Positions 35,772 through 45,708 of a stretch of 64,000 nt of DNA are shown here, one piece after another (position 1 is the first letter of the stretch; every line of letters begins with the position of its first letter). A model generated the notes under the pieces. The model was given only the letters and a program-made list of their open reading frames with translations, was not told the origin of the DNA and searched no databases. Origin of the DNA: Fidelibacterota bacterium (GTDB taxonomy: Bacteria; Fidelibacterota; Marinisomatia; Marinisomatales; Marinisomataceae); the NCBI GenBank assembly GCA_016777965.1, contig JADHQL010000001.1, positions 3,451 through 67,450 on the forward strand, in the 5' to 3' direction. A program made the translations under genes and the position numbers.

Positions 35772-36869
35772 TTAAAGTGATTTTGGATCAGAATAGTCTA
35801 ACGAATGAGCAACAGCAACTTCTTCATTTGTAAGTTTGCCTTTATATGTGTTTAACGCCATTAGAAGTTTATCATCATTAAATAAACCGTGCAATCCAGA
35901 ATTAGCAAATTTAAGGATAAATGGCTTTGTTGCTTCATTAAGCGCATTGGTTGCTGTAAATGGAACAGCGGAAGGAATGTTCTTAACACAATAATGAATA
36001 ATGTTATCCACCTCATATGTTGGATCTCCATGTGTTGTTGGTTTAGAGGTCTCAAAACATCCACCTTGGTCAACAGACACATCAGATAAAATGGATTTGG
36101 GTTCCATTAAACTCAACATATCTCTAGTTATAACTGTAGGAGGTTTCCCTCCAGGAGTTAAAACTGCACCAACAACAATATCTACCATAGGTAAAATTCC
36201 CTCAATTACTTGTTTGGAGGATTCGCCAACATTTACTGCTGGATATCTACTTTTAATATCATTTAATAATTCGTTATTAACATCTAGTAAAGTTGTACTA
36301 GCACCTAATCCTAAACTCATTTGCATTGCATTTAATCCAACAATACCTCCACCGATGATTAATACGTTTGCAGGATCAGCTAAGCTTGTACCAGCAATCA
36401 ACTTACCTTTTCCACCCTTGCTCTTCTTTAAAAGCTCAATACTGTCTAATAAAGATAGCCTACCAGCAATTTCGCTCATCGGTTTTAACATGGGAGTTTG
36501 GTTGTTTATAACCACAGTTTCATATGCTAATCCAGTAACATTGCAATCCATAAGCTTTCGTGTTAAATCTTTTGATGAACTTAGGTGCAAATAAGTAAAA
36601 ATTACCTTATTTGAAAGCATTTCAACTTCTTCTAATGAGGGTTCTTTAACCTTAACAATCAACTCTGATCTATCAAAAACTTCTGAAGCAGAATCAACGA
36701 TTGTACAACCTAAAGATGAGTAATCCTCGTCATTATATCCACTATCTTGACCTGCCCCAGATTGAACATATAGCTCATGAGAGCTTTGAAGAAGCATTTT
36801 TGCTGTTTCTGGATTAATAGAAACGCGATATTCTTGAGAAATAATTTCTTTTGGAATACCAATTTTCAT
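35772..36869 (-). CDS. ald: Alanine dehydrogenase
   Basis: 'IGIPKEI...EYRV', 'VKVKEP', 'FTYLHL', 'PMSEIAGR', 'DQGGCFETS', 'HYCV.NIP'. Confidence 0.95.
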   Translation of the reverse strand: MKIGIPKEIISQEYRVSINPETAKMLLQSSHELYVQSGAGQDSGYNDEDYSSLGCTIVDSASEVFDRSELIVKVKEPSLEEVEMLSNKVIFTYLHLSSSKDLTRKLMDCNVTGLAYETVVINNQTPMLKPMSEIAGRLSLLDSIELLKKSKGGKGKLIAGTSLADPANVLIIGGGIVGLNAMQMSLGLGASTTLLDVNNELLNDIKSRYPAVNVGESSKQVIEGILPMVDIVVGAVLTPGGKPPTVITRDMLSLMEPKSILSDVSVDQGGCFETSKPTTHGDPTYEVDNIIHYCVKNIPSAVPFTATNALNEATKPFILKFANSGLHGLFNDDKLLMALNTYKGKLTNEEVAVAHSLDYSDPKSL

Positions 36870-36877
36870 ATCATTTA

Positions 36878-38956
36878 TTATTCAGGTTTTTCAGTTAAAA
36901 GTTTAATACTGAAATTTAAACGACCTTGCTTATCAATTTCAAATAGCTTTATCTTAACTTCATCGCCCACAGATAGCACATCTTCAACTTTATTAACACG
37001 TTTCCATGCTAGCTGAGAAATGTGGACCAACCCTTCTCTTCCCGGAGCGAATTCAACAAAAGCACCAAAGTCTAAAATTTTAGTCACTTTACCGTCGAAA
37101 ACAGATCCAACTTCTGGATCTTGAACTACAGCTTTAATTTGAGATATTGCGTTATCTAATTTTGCTTTGTTTTCTGCTGATACACTTACAGTACCATCAT
37201 CTTCAATATTAATAACACATTCTGCATTTTCCTGAAGAGCCTTAATATTTTTACCTCCAGGACCTATTAATGCGCCAATCTTATCTTTATCTATCTTAAA
37301 AGATTCAATTTGAGGTGCATATTGGGATAATGCATTCGGTTTGTCAATTGCTTTATTCATTTCACCTAGAATGTGCAATCTACCTTTATTTGCTTGTTCA
37401 AGAGCATTTGATAAAATATCCATAGAAAGACCAGGAACTTTTAAATCAAGTTGAATTGCACTAATTCCATCTTTTGTACCAGCTACCTTGAAATCCATGT
37501 CTCCAAGGAAGTCTTCAGTACCTAGAATATCACTTAAAACTGCGTAATTATCATCATCTTCCATAATTAAGCCCATAGCTATACCTGCCACATGCTCTTT
37601 TATAGGAACACCAGCATTCATCATGGCTAATGAGCCGCCACACACAGATGCCATTGAGGAAGAACCGTTTGATTCAGTAATTTCAGATACAATACGAACT
37701 GTATATGGGAATTCTTCTGAAGATGGTAATATAGGTTTTAATGATCTTTCAGCTAAATGACCATGACCAATTTCACGTCTATTAGTAAAACCAATTCTTC
37801 CAACTTCTCCTACACTATATGGAGGAAAGTTATAATGCAACAAGAATGATTTTTTATAATCACTAGCCATTGAATCAATAATTTGCTCATCTCTACTAGA
37901 ACCTAAAGTTAAAGCAGCTATAGACTGCGTTTCACCGCGAGTAAACAATGCAGATCCATGCGCTCTTGGAAGGATAGATTCTACAACGCTAATATCTCTA
38001 ATATCTTCTAATCCTCTACCATCAACTCTAACTTTTTTATCTAAAACAGTTTTTCTAACTGTGTTTTTGAACATATTTTTAATATAATTCTTAACTTCTG
38101 GATACATTTCTTCATCTTCAAGATATGGTTCTAATGCTTCTTTCTCAATTACATTAAATTTGTCGTCTCTTGCTTGCTTAGTGTCTAAATCAAATATCTT
38201 TTCCATTTTTGACAAGTAAGCATCATCTAAAGACTTTTCAATATCTTCAGTTATAACTTTTGTATCAACAATCTCATAAGAATTGTCAAAATGTTCTGAA
38301 AACTCCATTTGAAGATCAACAATATCATTAATTCCATCCATTGCTATATCTAATGCTTCTAAAATTGTTTTTTCAGGTACAAAATTAGACCCACCTTCAA
38401 TCATACAAATTTTATCTTTTTTTCCAGTAACTATTAAGTCTAAATCTGATGATTCCATCTGTTCATTTGTTGGATTTAAAACATATTCTCCGTCAATTAA
38501 TCCAATTTTTACAGAAGCAATAGGACCATCAAATGGTACTGGTGACAATAATAAGGCTGCTGAAGCACCAATAGCAGCTACAATATCTGGTGTATTTACA
38601 CCGTCATATGACATTGTAGTTAACATAATTTGCAATTCATGCCTATAATTCTTAGGTATTAAAGGTCTAATAGGTCTATCTGTAAGACGTGAAGTTAGTA
38701 CCTCAGCATCTGTAGGTTTAGCCTCTCTTTTAAAGAACCCTCCAGGTATTTTTCCACCCGCATAATGTTTTTCTCTGTATTCAACCTGCATTGGTAAAAA
38801 ATCGATGCCTTCTCTTGGTTCAGGTGAACAACATACTGTTGCTAAGATTACTGTTTCTCCATAACTAATAAATACGGAACCACCAGCTTGCCTAGCGATT
38901 TGTCCAGATTCTATTTTAAGCGGTCTTCCCGCTATATTCTTTTCTACTTTTATCAT
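36878..38956 (-). CDS. pnp: Polyribonucleotide nucleotidyltransferase (PNPase)
   Basis: 'IPGGFFKRE', 'HGSALFTRGETQ', 'RREIGHG', 'SNGSSSMAS', 'GDMDFKVAG', KH and S1 domains. Confidence 0.98.
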   Translation of the reverse strand: MIKVEKNIAGRPLKIESGQIARQAGGSVFISYGETVILATVCCSPEPREGIDFLPMQVEYREKHYAGGKIPGGFFKREAKPTDAEVLTSRLTDRPIRPLIPKNYRHELQIMLTTMSYDGVNTPDIVAAIGASAALLLSPVPFDGPIASVKIGLIDGEYVLNPTNEQMESSDLDLIVTGKKDKICMIEGGSNFVPEKTILEALDIAMDGINDIVDLQMEFSEHFDNSYEIVDTKVITEDIEKSLDDAYLSKMEKIFDLDTKQARDDKFNVIEKEALEPYLEDEEMYPEVKNYIKNMFKNTVRKTVLDKKVRVDGRGLEDIRDISVVESILPRAHGSALFTRGETQSIAALTLGSSRDEQIIDSMASDYKKSFLLHYNFPPYSVGEVGRIGFTNRREIGHGHLAERSLKPILPSSEEFPYTVRIVSEITESNGSSSMASVCGGSLAMMNAGVPIKEHVAGIAMGLIMEDDDNYAVLSDILGTEDFLGDMDFKVAGTKDGISAIQLDLKVPGLSMDILSNALEQANKGRLHILGEMNKAIDKPNALSQYAPQIESFKIDKDKIGALIGPGGKNIKALQENAECVINIEDDGTVSVSAENKAKLDNAISQIKAVVQDPEVGSVFDGKVTKILDFGAFVEFAPGREGLVHISQLAWKRVNKVEDVLSVGDEVKIKLFEIDKQGRLNFSIKLLTEKPE

Positions 38957-38968
38957 TTTCTTCTTTTT

Positions 38969-39235
38969 TTATCCTCTTATCGATAGTTTTTTAATTAATT
39001 CATCATAACTATCTAGTTTAGTTTTTCTTAAATATTTCAATAGCTTCTTTCGCTGTGACACTAACTTAACTAAACCATGTTTTGAATGAACATCTTTCTT
39101 GTGCATCTTTACATGCTCTGTCAATGATCTAATTCGATCAGTTAGAAGCGTAATTTGCGCTTCACTACTACCGACATTCTTTGCATCAAGACCCACGTCT
39201 TGAAGAAGTGTACTTGTTTCTTTACTATATTTCAT
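38969..39235 (-). CDS. rpsO: 30S ribosomal protein S15
   Basis: 'GSSEAQITLLT.RI..LTEH', 'HKKD.HS..GL..LVSQRKKLLKYL'. Confidence 0.97.
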   Translation of the reverse strand: MKYSKETSTLLQDVGLDAKNVGSSEAQITLLTDRIRSLTEHVKMHKKDVHSKHGLVKLVSQRKKLLKYLRKTKLDSYDELIKKLSIRG

Positions 39236-40175
39236 ATTTCTCCTTAAAAGTATCTATTAATTCAATACATACTTCTTTATCTTTTTCAATTTGTTTGATT
39301 AATAATTCTTTGCTATCAAACTTTTTTTCATCTCGAATTTTATCTAAAAACTCGATATAAAAATTCTTATCGTACAGACTGCCAAATTTATCAGATAAAA
39401 TGTGAACTTCCATAACAAATTTTTTTTCATTAAAAGTTGGTCTGATACCAGCATTCATCATTCCAAAATAACATTCTCCGTCTAAGAAAACCCTAGTTAA
39501 ATATACTCCAATGCTTGGAAGTAACTGATTTTCAAAAGTTGGAATAAAGTTTGCGGTTGGATAATTCATTGTTTTCCCGCGATTTGAACCAGAAACAACT
39601 CTTGCATTAAAACCATAAAATCTTCCTAAATAATCATATACCTTACTTGAGTTTCCATTTAAAATCAATGATCTAATTAAGCTGCTAGATATGGTACTAC
39701 CCATATATTCTCTCATTACAGGCGCATGAAGTTCTATATTATAGTTACTGCAAAAAGTTTTTAAAAATTCAAAATCTCCTTCTTTTTTATGTCCAAAATA
39801 GTGATTTGTACCTACAGAAATTAACGTTGGATTAAATAAATCTTTTAAGACAGTATCTGCAAATATTTGAGCAGACATTAATGAAAACTCTTTGTCAAAT
39901 GGTATTATTAACACAATATCTAAACCTATCTCTTTTAAAGTTTCCAGTTTTTCATCTAAACTTTGAAGATATATTGGATCTGGTTTATCAGAAAGCACAT
40001 AAAAAGGATTGGGATTAAAGGTAATTAAACAGGATGGGATATTTCTTTTTTTACCTTCTTCAACAATATAAGACAACACATCATAATGACCTTTATGAAT
40101 ACCGTCGTAATTACCAATAGTTATAACTGAATTAGATAACTTTTTGAAATCTTCTAGTGATGTTATGATCTCCAC
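39225..40175 (-). CDS. ribF: Bifunctional riboflavin kinase/FAD synthetase
   Basis: 'IGNYDGIHKGH', 'ISSSLIR', 'YPTAN', 'RPTF', 'IRDEKKF'. Confidence 0.95.
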   Translation of the reverse strand: MEIITSLEDFKKLSNSVITIGNYDGIHKGHYDVLSYIVEEGKKRNIPSCLITFNPNPFYVLSDKPDPIYLQSLDEKLETLKEIGLDIVLIIPFDKEFSLMSAQIFADTVLKDLFNPTLISVGTNHYFGHKKEGDFEFLKTFCSNYNIELHAPVMREYMGSTISSSLIRSLILNGNSSKVYDYLGRFYGFNARVVSGSNRGKTMNYPTANFIPTFENQLLPSIGVYLTRVFLDGECYFGMMNAGIRPTFNEKKFVMEVHILSDKFGSLYDKNFYIEFLDKIRDEKKFDSKELLIKQIEKDKEVCIELIDTFKEKYEI

Positions 40176-40804
40176 TTGTCCTCAAATTTTTCTACTGTAA
40201 CTGATTCATCCAATCTATATTTACCAACACTTAATCGTGTTAAGCTTATCAAATGACCTAAAGTACCTAAATATTCTGCTATATCCTCTGCTAATACCCT
40301 TATATAAGTTCCAGATGAACAATCAACAGTGATTTTTAAGGTATTTTCATCTAATGAATCAATTTTTAAGCTCTTGATAGTTATTAACTTTGGATTTGTT
40401 TTGATTTCAATATTTTTTCTTGCAAGCTTATAAAGTCGAACTCCATTAATTTTCCTAGCTGAGTACATAGGAGTTCTTTGTAGTAATTCTCCAACAAACT
40501 TTTTTTCGCAATCCATTAAATTCTGTTCCGAAATTTCACAAACTTCTCTTTCTTCAACAATGTTACCTGTTAAATCCATAGAATCCGTTTTTTCTCCTAA
40601 TTTAATAATACCTTCATAAGTCTTATCAAATTGTATGATATTTGATAATTTTTTTGTCGATTCTCCAACACCTAACACTAATACTCCATCTGCAAACGGA
40701 TCTAAAGTACCAGAGTGACCAACCTTTTCTTTGGTAATATTTCTTACTTTTTTAACAATTGAAAATGAAGACAAATCTTTTGGTTTATATATATTGTAAA
40801 TCAT
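40163..40804 (-). CDS. truB: tRNA pseudouridine(55) synthase (short form)
   Basis: 'KVGHSGTLDPFADGVL', 'PMYSARKINGVRLY', 'CSSGTYIRVLA'. Confidence 0.95.
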   Translation of the reverse strand: MIYNIYKPKDLSSFSIVKKVRNITKEKVGHSGTLDPFADGVLVLGVGESTKKLSNIIQFDKTYEGIIKLGEKTDSMDLTGNIVEEREVCEISEQNLMDCEKKFVGELLQRTPMYSARKINGVRLYKLARKNIEIKTNPKLITIKSLKIDSLDENTLKITVDCSSGTYIRVLAEDIAEYLGTLGHLISLTRLSVGKYRLDESVTVEKFEDKWRS

Positions 40805-40805
40805 G

Positions 40806-41153
40806 CTAAACTATTTTTTTTATTAGCTTATCAATTTTTTCAAATTGCTCAAATGAATCATCATAGAAAAATTTCAATGTTGGAGTAGATCTTAAATTTA
40901 AAGATGCTGACAAAAATTTTCTAAAAACCGGCACAAGCAAGTTCAGTTTATCATTAATAATTTCTATCTTTTTAGTAGGGTTTAAAACACTATAGTATAA
41001 ATTTGCATGTTTTAAATCAGCTGTCATTTTAACTGAAGAAAAAGTTATAAAACCATATTTCCTTAAATCCATCTCTCTGGTTAAGATATCGTTGATGGTT
41101 TTTAAAACTTGTTGCGATACTCTCTCTGATCTTGAAAACGGTTTATTGTTCAA
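40806..41153 (-). CDS. rbfA: Ribosome-binding factor A
   Basis: 'RSERV', 'V.MTADLKHA', 'LRSTPTLKFFYDDS'; between infB and truB. Confidence 0.92.
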   Translation of the reverse strand: MNNKPFSRSERVSQQVLKTINDILTREMDLRKYGFITFSSVKMTADLKHANLYYSVLNPTKKIEIINDKLNLLVPVFRKFLSASLNLRSTPTLKFFYDDSFEQFEKIDKLIKKIV

Positions 41154-43498
41154 CTGTCTGCTAATGTTCTCTTAATTTCATTTATTTTATATGCAACTAT
41201 TCTGTCGCCTTCAAAATACTTTTTCACACCTTCAACGGAAATACCACATTCCATGCCTGAATCAACAGATGCTACATCGTCTTTAAAGCGCTTTAATGAG
41301 GTAATTGAACCTTTTGAAACAAGCTCTTCTTCCTCGCGAATAAGCCTAACAAAACAATCGCGAGTAATTTTACCAGATTCTACTTGAGATCCAGCGATAA
41401 AACCAATTTTTGGGATTTTAAATGACTCTTTAACAACTGCAACACCAATAACTTCTTCAACCATATCTGGCTTTAACAATCCTTCAACAGCCATCTTAAC
41501 GTCTTCAACAATCTGATAAATAATACTATAAGCTCTAATTTCTACATTATTTTGACTAGCTAATAACTTGGTATTTGATGGAATTTGAACTCCAAAACCA
41601 ATTATGATAGCTTGTGAAGCTTGTGCTAACAAAACATCAGATTCGGTAACATTACCAACCCCTTTATGAACAATATCTACACCAACTTCATCGTTATTGA
41701 TTTTTTCTATGCTTTGTATTAAAGCTTCAATTGAACCATCAGAATCAGCTTTAATAATGATATTTAAATTATTTATATCACCTTCCTTAATCTGAGCTGA
41801 TATACTGTCTAATGATGTTTTTTGAACCATCTGAAGATCAATTTCACGTTTAATTCTCTGGCGTTCATTAGCTATTTTCTTTAAATCTGATTCATTTTCA
41901 ACTTCTGCAAAAATATCTCCAGCCTGAGGAACTTGATCAAAACCTAGAATTTGGACTGGATCTGATGGTCTAGCTTGAGTGATTCTTTCATTATTTTCAT
42001 TCATAATTGCTCGAACCTTACCGGGGTGATTATTACAAATGAATGGTGTTCCAATGCTTAAAGTACCTTTTTGAATTAAGACAGTTGCAACAGGACCCAA
42101 TCCTTTATCTAATCTTGAATCTATTACAATACCTTTACAGTCAATATCTTGATTTGCTTTCAAATCTAATACTTCGGCCTCAAGTAAAATTGCTTCCATT
42201 AAGTCATCTATACCTTCACCTGTTTGAGCAGACGTATGAACACATTGAATTTTACCTCCCCAGTCTTCCACTAAGACATTTTTTTCAGATAATTCTCTTT
42301 TAACGACATCAGGATTAGCGCCTTGCTTATCAATCTTGTTGATAGCTACAACAATTGGTACTTCCGCGGCTTTTGCATGATTAATAGCTTCAATTGTTTG
42401 GGGCATAACACTATCATCAGCAGCAACTACTAAAATAACAATATCTGTTGATTGAGCACCTCGTGCTCTCATAGCAGTAAAAGCTTCGTGCCCAGGAGTA
42501 TCTAAAAAAGTGATTTTATTATCATTATGTAAAACCTGATAAGCTCCAACTCTTTGTGTAATTCCTCCTGATTCACCTGCTGCTACTTTTGTTTTTCTAA
42601 TATAATCTAAAATAGATGTTTTACCATGGTCTACGTGTCCCATAATTGTTACAACCGGTGCTCTTTCTATCGCATTTGATAATTCTTCCTCTGAATGAGA
42701 TGTTGTAAACAAGTCATCAATAACTTCTTCATATTTCCTCAATTCAATATCATATTCTCCAGCAATTAATTCTATGACATCCCATTCAAGTCTTTGATTT
42801 ACAGTTGCTAAAATACCCATTTGTAAGCATTTACCAATTACTTCACTGGTTGATACGTCTAAAACTTTAGCTATTTCATCAATACTAGCATATTCAGCAA
42901 GCTCAATTGTTCTTTTTTGATCTCCATCTTTTAGCCCAACATCTTTTTTCGATTTCTTATATGATTTCTTCTTAGGACTTGCATCCATAGAAGCAAGGGT
43001 CTTCTTTAATCTTTTAACAGCAGAACTATCTTTTTTCAGCTCGTCTTTCTGTTTTTTTATCTGCTTTTTATTCTCTTTCTTTTCTGGTTCACGTAAAGAG
43101 ATTTTTCTTAATTTTTTCTTTGATTTTTTCTCAAAAGTAGCCTCTGTTTTTCCTTCAGTCTTATTATTGTCTTTTTCATCATTAATCGGACCTTCAGCTT
43201 TTTTCTTGTCCGATTTACGTTGATCTTCAACAGACATAATTTTAAACTTTTTGACAGATTTAGTTTTCATCACAACTTTTGAGTCATGAATCTCTTTTCT
43301 AACCTGCTCTTTTCTGTCTCTTTCTGCTGATTGACGATCCTTTGCAAACTCTGTATAAACTATTTGTTGTGTTTTACCGTCAATTGGTGACATATGACTA
43401 GATACAGCAATATCTTTTGACTTTAAAAAGTCTAAGATATCAGTATGAGAGATATTTAGCTCTTTTGCTAACTGGAATATTCTTATTGAATCAGACAT
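41150..43498 (-). CDS. infB: Translation initiation factor IF-2
   Basis: 'GHVDHGKT', 'GGITQ', 'DTPGHEAF', 'NKID', 'SLKRFKDD'. Confidence 0.98.
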   Translation of the reverse strand: MSDSIRIFQLAKELNISHTDILDFLKSKDIAVSSHMSPIDGKTQQIVYTEFAKDRQSAERDRKEQVRKEIHDSKVVMKTKSVKKFKIMSVEDQRKSDKKKAEGPINDEKDNNKTEGKTEATFEKKSKKKLRKISLREPEKKENKKQIKKQKDELKKDSSAVKRLKKTLASMDASPKKKSYKKSKKDVGLKDGDQKRTIELAEYASIDEIAKVLDVSTSEVIGKCLQMGILATVNQRLEWDVIELIAGEYDIELRKYEEVIDDLFTTSHSEEELSNAIERAPVVTIMGHVDHGKTSILDYIRKTKVAAGESGGITQRVGAYQVLHNDNKITFLDTPGHEAFTAMRARGAQSTDIVILVVAADDSVMPQTIEAINHAKAAEVPIVVAINKIDKQGANPDVVKRELSEKNVLVEDWGGKIQCVHTSAQTGEGIDDLMEAILLEAEVLDLKANQDIDCKGIVIDSRLDKGLGPVATVLIQKGTLSIGTPFICNNHPGKVRAIMNENNERITQARPSDPVQILGFDQVPQAGDIFAEVENESDLKKIANERQRIKREIDLQMVQKTSLDSISAQIKEGDINNLNIIIKADSDGSIEALIQSIEKINNDEVGVDIVHKGVGNVTESDVLLAQASQAIIIGFGVQIPSNTKLLASQNNVEIRAYSIIYQIVEDVKMAVEGLLKPDMVEEVIGVAVVKESFKIPKIGFIAGSQVESGKITRDCFVRLIREEEELVSKGSITSLKRFKDDVASVDSGMECGISVEGVKKYFEGDRIVAYKINEIKRTLADS

Positions 43499-43501
43499 TA
43501 A

Positions 43502-44974
43502 CTACTCTTCTTTTTCCTTCATATTTGAGTCAGAATCTTCTTCAGAATCAACAACTTCTTTATCCGGCAATTCTACTTCTTCAGCTGATTCTTCATCAGT
43601 TGATTCAACTTCTTCACTATCATTTTTAACTGCTTCAATATTTTGTTCTGCATCAGTTAAATCTAACTCAACACCCTCTTCAGTGCTTTCAACTACTTCT
43701 TCTACTTCTTCTTCTTTGTTATGCGTAATTTCAATAAATGAATTTACTGTATCACTTATTGAAGTTATCTCTTTATCATTAAGCGCTAGCTCTTCAGTGA
43801 GAACATATTTCTTTACGTTTAAATAATCTGCAACTGAAACAATATCTACTTTTGCAAGTTTATTACTCAACGTTTTTGTAATTCCATCTAATGATTCAAG
43901 AGTTGTTTTCTGATTTATAAGCACTTCATCATATTCAGATTTAGTGTAAGCATCAATTGTATATCCTGTTAGCTTTGAAGCAAGATTAATATTAACACCG
44001 CTTCTTCCAACAGCATTTTCAAGACCACCTTCATCAAATATTGCAACACAATATTTTCTTTCATCATCTATGTATAAATCAACTGGTTTTGCTGGGGAAA
44101 GAGCTCTGGTAACAAATACTTCAGATTTTTCTGAATAATTAACAATATCAATCTTTTCGTTGTTTAGCTCTCTAACAACAGATTGAATTCTACTTCCTCT
44201 CATACCAACACAAGCACCAACCGCATCAATTCGTTTATCAACAGAATGAACAATAATCTTGCTTCTCTCTCCTGGTTTTCTTGCAATTCCCTTAATTTCA
44301 ATAATCCCATCTTCAATTTCAGGAACTTCCATTTCAAAAAGCTTGTATAGGAAAAGATCGTCACTTCTAGAGATTAAAATATCTGGACCTTTTGGTGTGA
44401 CTTCCACTGATTTAACTAAAGCTCTGATTGTATCGCCTCTTCGAAATCTTTCAGAAAAAATTTGCTCATTCCTAGGCATTCTTAATTCTGTTTGCTCAAT
44501 ATTTACAAAAGTATTTTCTCGATGCACCTGATGAACAGTCCCGATAATAACTTCTCCTATCCTTTGAACATAATCCTCGTAAATATATTGTTGCTGAACT
44601 TCTCTTGTTCTTTTATTTAGAAATTGTCTAGCATTTGCAACCAACCTTCTACCGAATCGTGCAGGATCAATCACCTCAACAAAAGTATCTCCTAACTTTA
44701 ATTCGCCAGCTAAATCTGGCTCTAGCTCTACAGCTCTTTCTAAGGTAATATCGAAGTGATCATCATCAACCTCTTCTACAATTGTTTTTTCAACATATAT
44801 CTCAATTTCACCTTTATCAAGATTAACAATGACACTACAATTATCAGATTCACCAGTTTCTTTCTCAATAATGAATAAGAATAATTGTTCAATTATTGTG
44901 CCAAGCTCTGAACGCTCGATATTCTTTTCTCTTGCTAATTCAATGAAAATTTCAATTAAATCTCTATTAATCAT
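43502..44974 (-). CDS. nusA: Transcription termination/antitermination factor NusA
   Basis: 'LFEMEVPEI.DG', 'AR.PGERSK', 'GACVGMRGSRI', 'EKIDI'; long acidic C-terminal tail. Confidence 0.97.
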   Translation of the reverse strand: MINRDLIEIFIELAREKNIERSELGTIIEQLFLFIIEKETGESDNCSVIVNLDKGEIEIYVEKTIVEEVDDDHFDITLERAVELEPDLAGELKLGDTFVEVIDPARFGRRLVANARQFLNKRTREVQQQYIYEDYVQRIGEVIIGTVHQVHRENTFVNIEQTELRMPRNEQIFSERFRRGDTIRALVKSVEVTPKGPDILISRSDDLFLYKLFEMEVPEIEDGIIEIKGIARKPGERSKIIVHSVDKRIDAVGACVGMRGSRIQSVVRELNNEKIDIVNYSEKSEVFVTRALSPAKPVDLYIDDERKYCVAIFDEGGLENAVGRSGVNINLASKLTGYTIDAYTKSEYDEVLINQKTTLESLDGITKTLSNKLAKVDIVSVADYLNVKKYVLTEELALNDKEITSISDTVNSFIEITHNKEEEVEEVVESTEEGVELDLTDAEQNIEAVKNDSEEVESTDEESAEEVELPDKEVVDSEEDSDSNMKEKEE

Positions 44975-45002
44975 AATAACCCTTCAATTTTTTCATTATA
45001 AC

Positions 45003-45024
45003 AAAAATGGGCCGTAGCCCATTT
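45003..45024 (-). promoter_or_regulatory. Leader attenuator hairpin upstream of nusA (rimP-leader-like): AAAUGGGC-UACG-GCCCAUUUUU
   Basis: 8-bp stem with cUACGg (UNCG) tetraloop and U-rich tail, about 30 nt before the nusA ATG. Confidence 0.65.
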
Positions 45025-45068
45025 AATTCATTCGAATATATTTAATTAATATCGTATTAACAAGTAAC

Positions 45069-45704
45069 TTAGTTAATACTTAATACGTATCCATAAACTT
45101 CTTCAAAAAGTTGATTATATGCCGGATTATCGGAATCTAATGACTCAAGAAGCATTATTGATTGATCAGACTGACCATTTTGAGCTAGTTTTTTAGCTTT
45201 AAGAATACTGATATATTTAATTTCATTTTCAGAATCAGTAAACTTCATTGCCTTGTCAAACATTTTTGTGTCGTTTTCTAACTCTGCAAGCATGATATAT
45301 CCTTCTTTTTTAAGATTATCATACTTTATTTTAGAAACGCTTTCAGATAAATAAACAAGGGCTTTATCATTATTTCCATTAATAAATGCGGTTCTTCCAA
45401 GATAAAACTTAGCTTGATGGGCAGCTATAGTACCAGAAAAGCTATCAACAACAGCCTCTAGTTGTAAAACAGCATTATCAAAATCTCCTTTTTCAAAGTA
45501 AATCATCGCATTGCTAAGCGCTGCATCTGAAGCAGATGTTTTCGGATCATCATTTAGAGAAAAAGCTTGAAAAGTGACTAGAAATACAATTAAAGCTAAA
45601 ATAATAGGATTTAATATGAAATTTTCTATCGGTGTATAGTTCGATCTGTCCTTATAGCTCACCTTAATTGGTGTTAAAATAAAATTTTGAAATTTATCTA
45701 TCAT
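45069..45704 (-). CDS. Membrane-anchored TPR protein (YfgM-like)
   Basis: Start at ATG 45704 avoids overlap with trhO; N-terminal TM, TPR-like helices 'YFEKGDFDNAV...SFSGT.AAHQAKFYLG'. Confidence 0.7.
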   Translation of the reverse strand: MIDKFQNFILTPIKVSYKDRSNYTPIENFILNPIILALIVFLVTFQAFSLNDDPKTSASDAALSNAMIYFEKGDFDNAVLQLEAVVDSFSGTIAAHQAKFYLGRTAFINGNNDKALVYLSESVSKIKYDNLKKEGYIMLAELENDTKMFDKAMKFTDSENEIKYISILKAKKLAQNGQSDQSIMLLESLDSDNPAYNQLFEEVYGYVLSIN

Positions 45705-45708
45705 TGTA

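Noticed and set aside
36001-36594. 197-aa antisense ORF and other shadow ORFs (e.g. 1769..1993, 18315..18689, 22344..22814, 57933..58283, 59713..60027)
   Set aside because: They lie opposite or inside well-supported genes and have no recognisable motifs; typical antisense artefacts
43502-43720. Repeat-like sequence at the nusA 3' end
   Set aside because: Low-complexity Glu/Asp-rich coding tail, not a DNA repeat array
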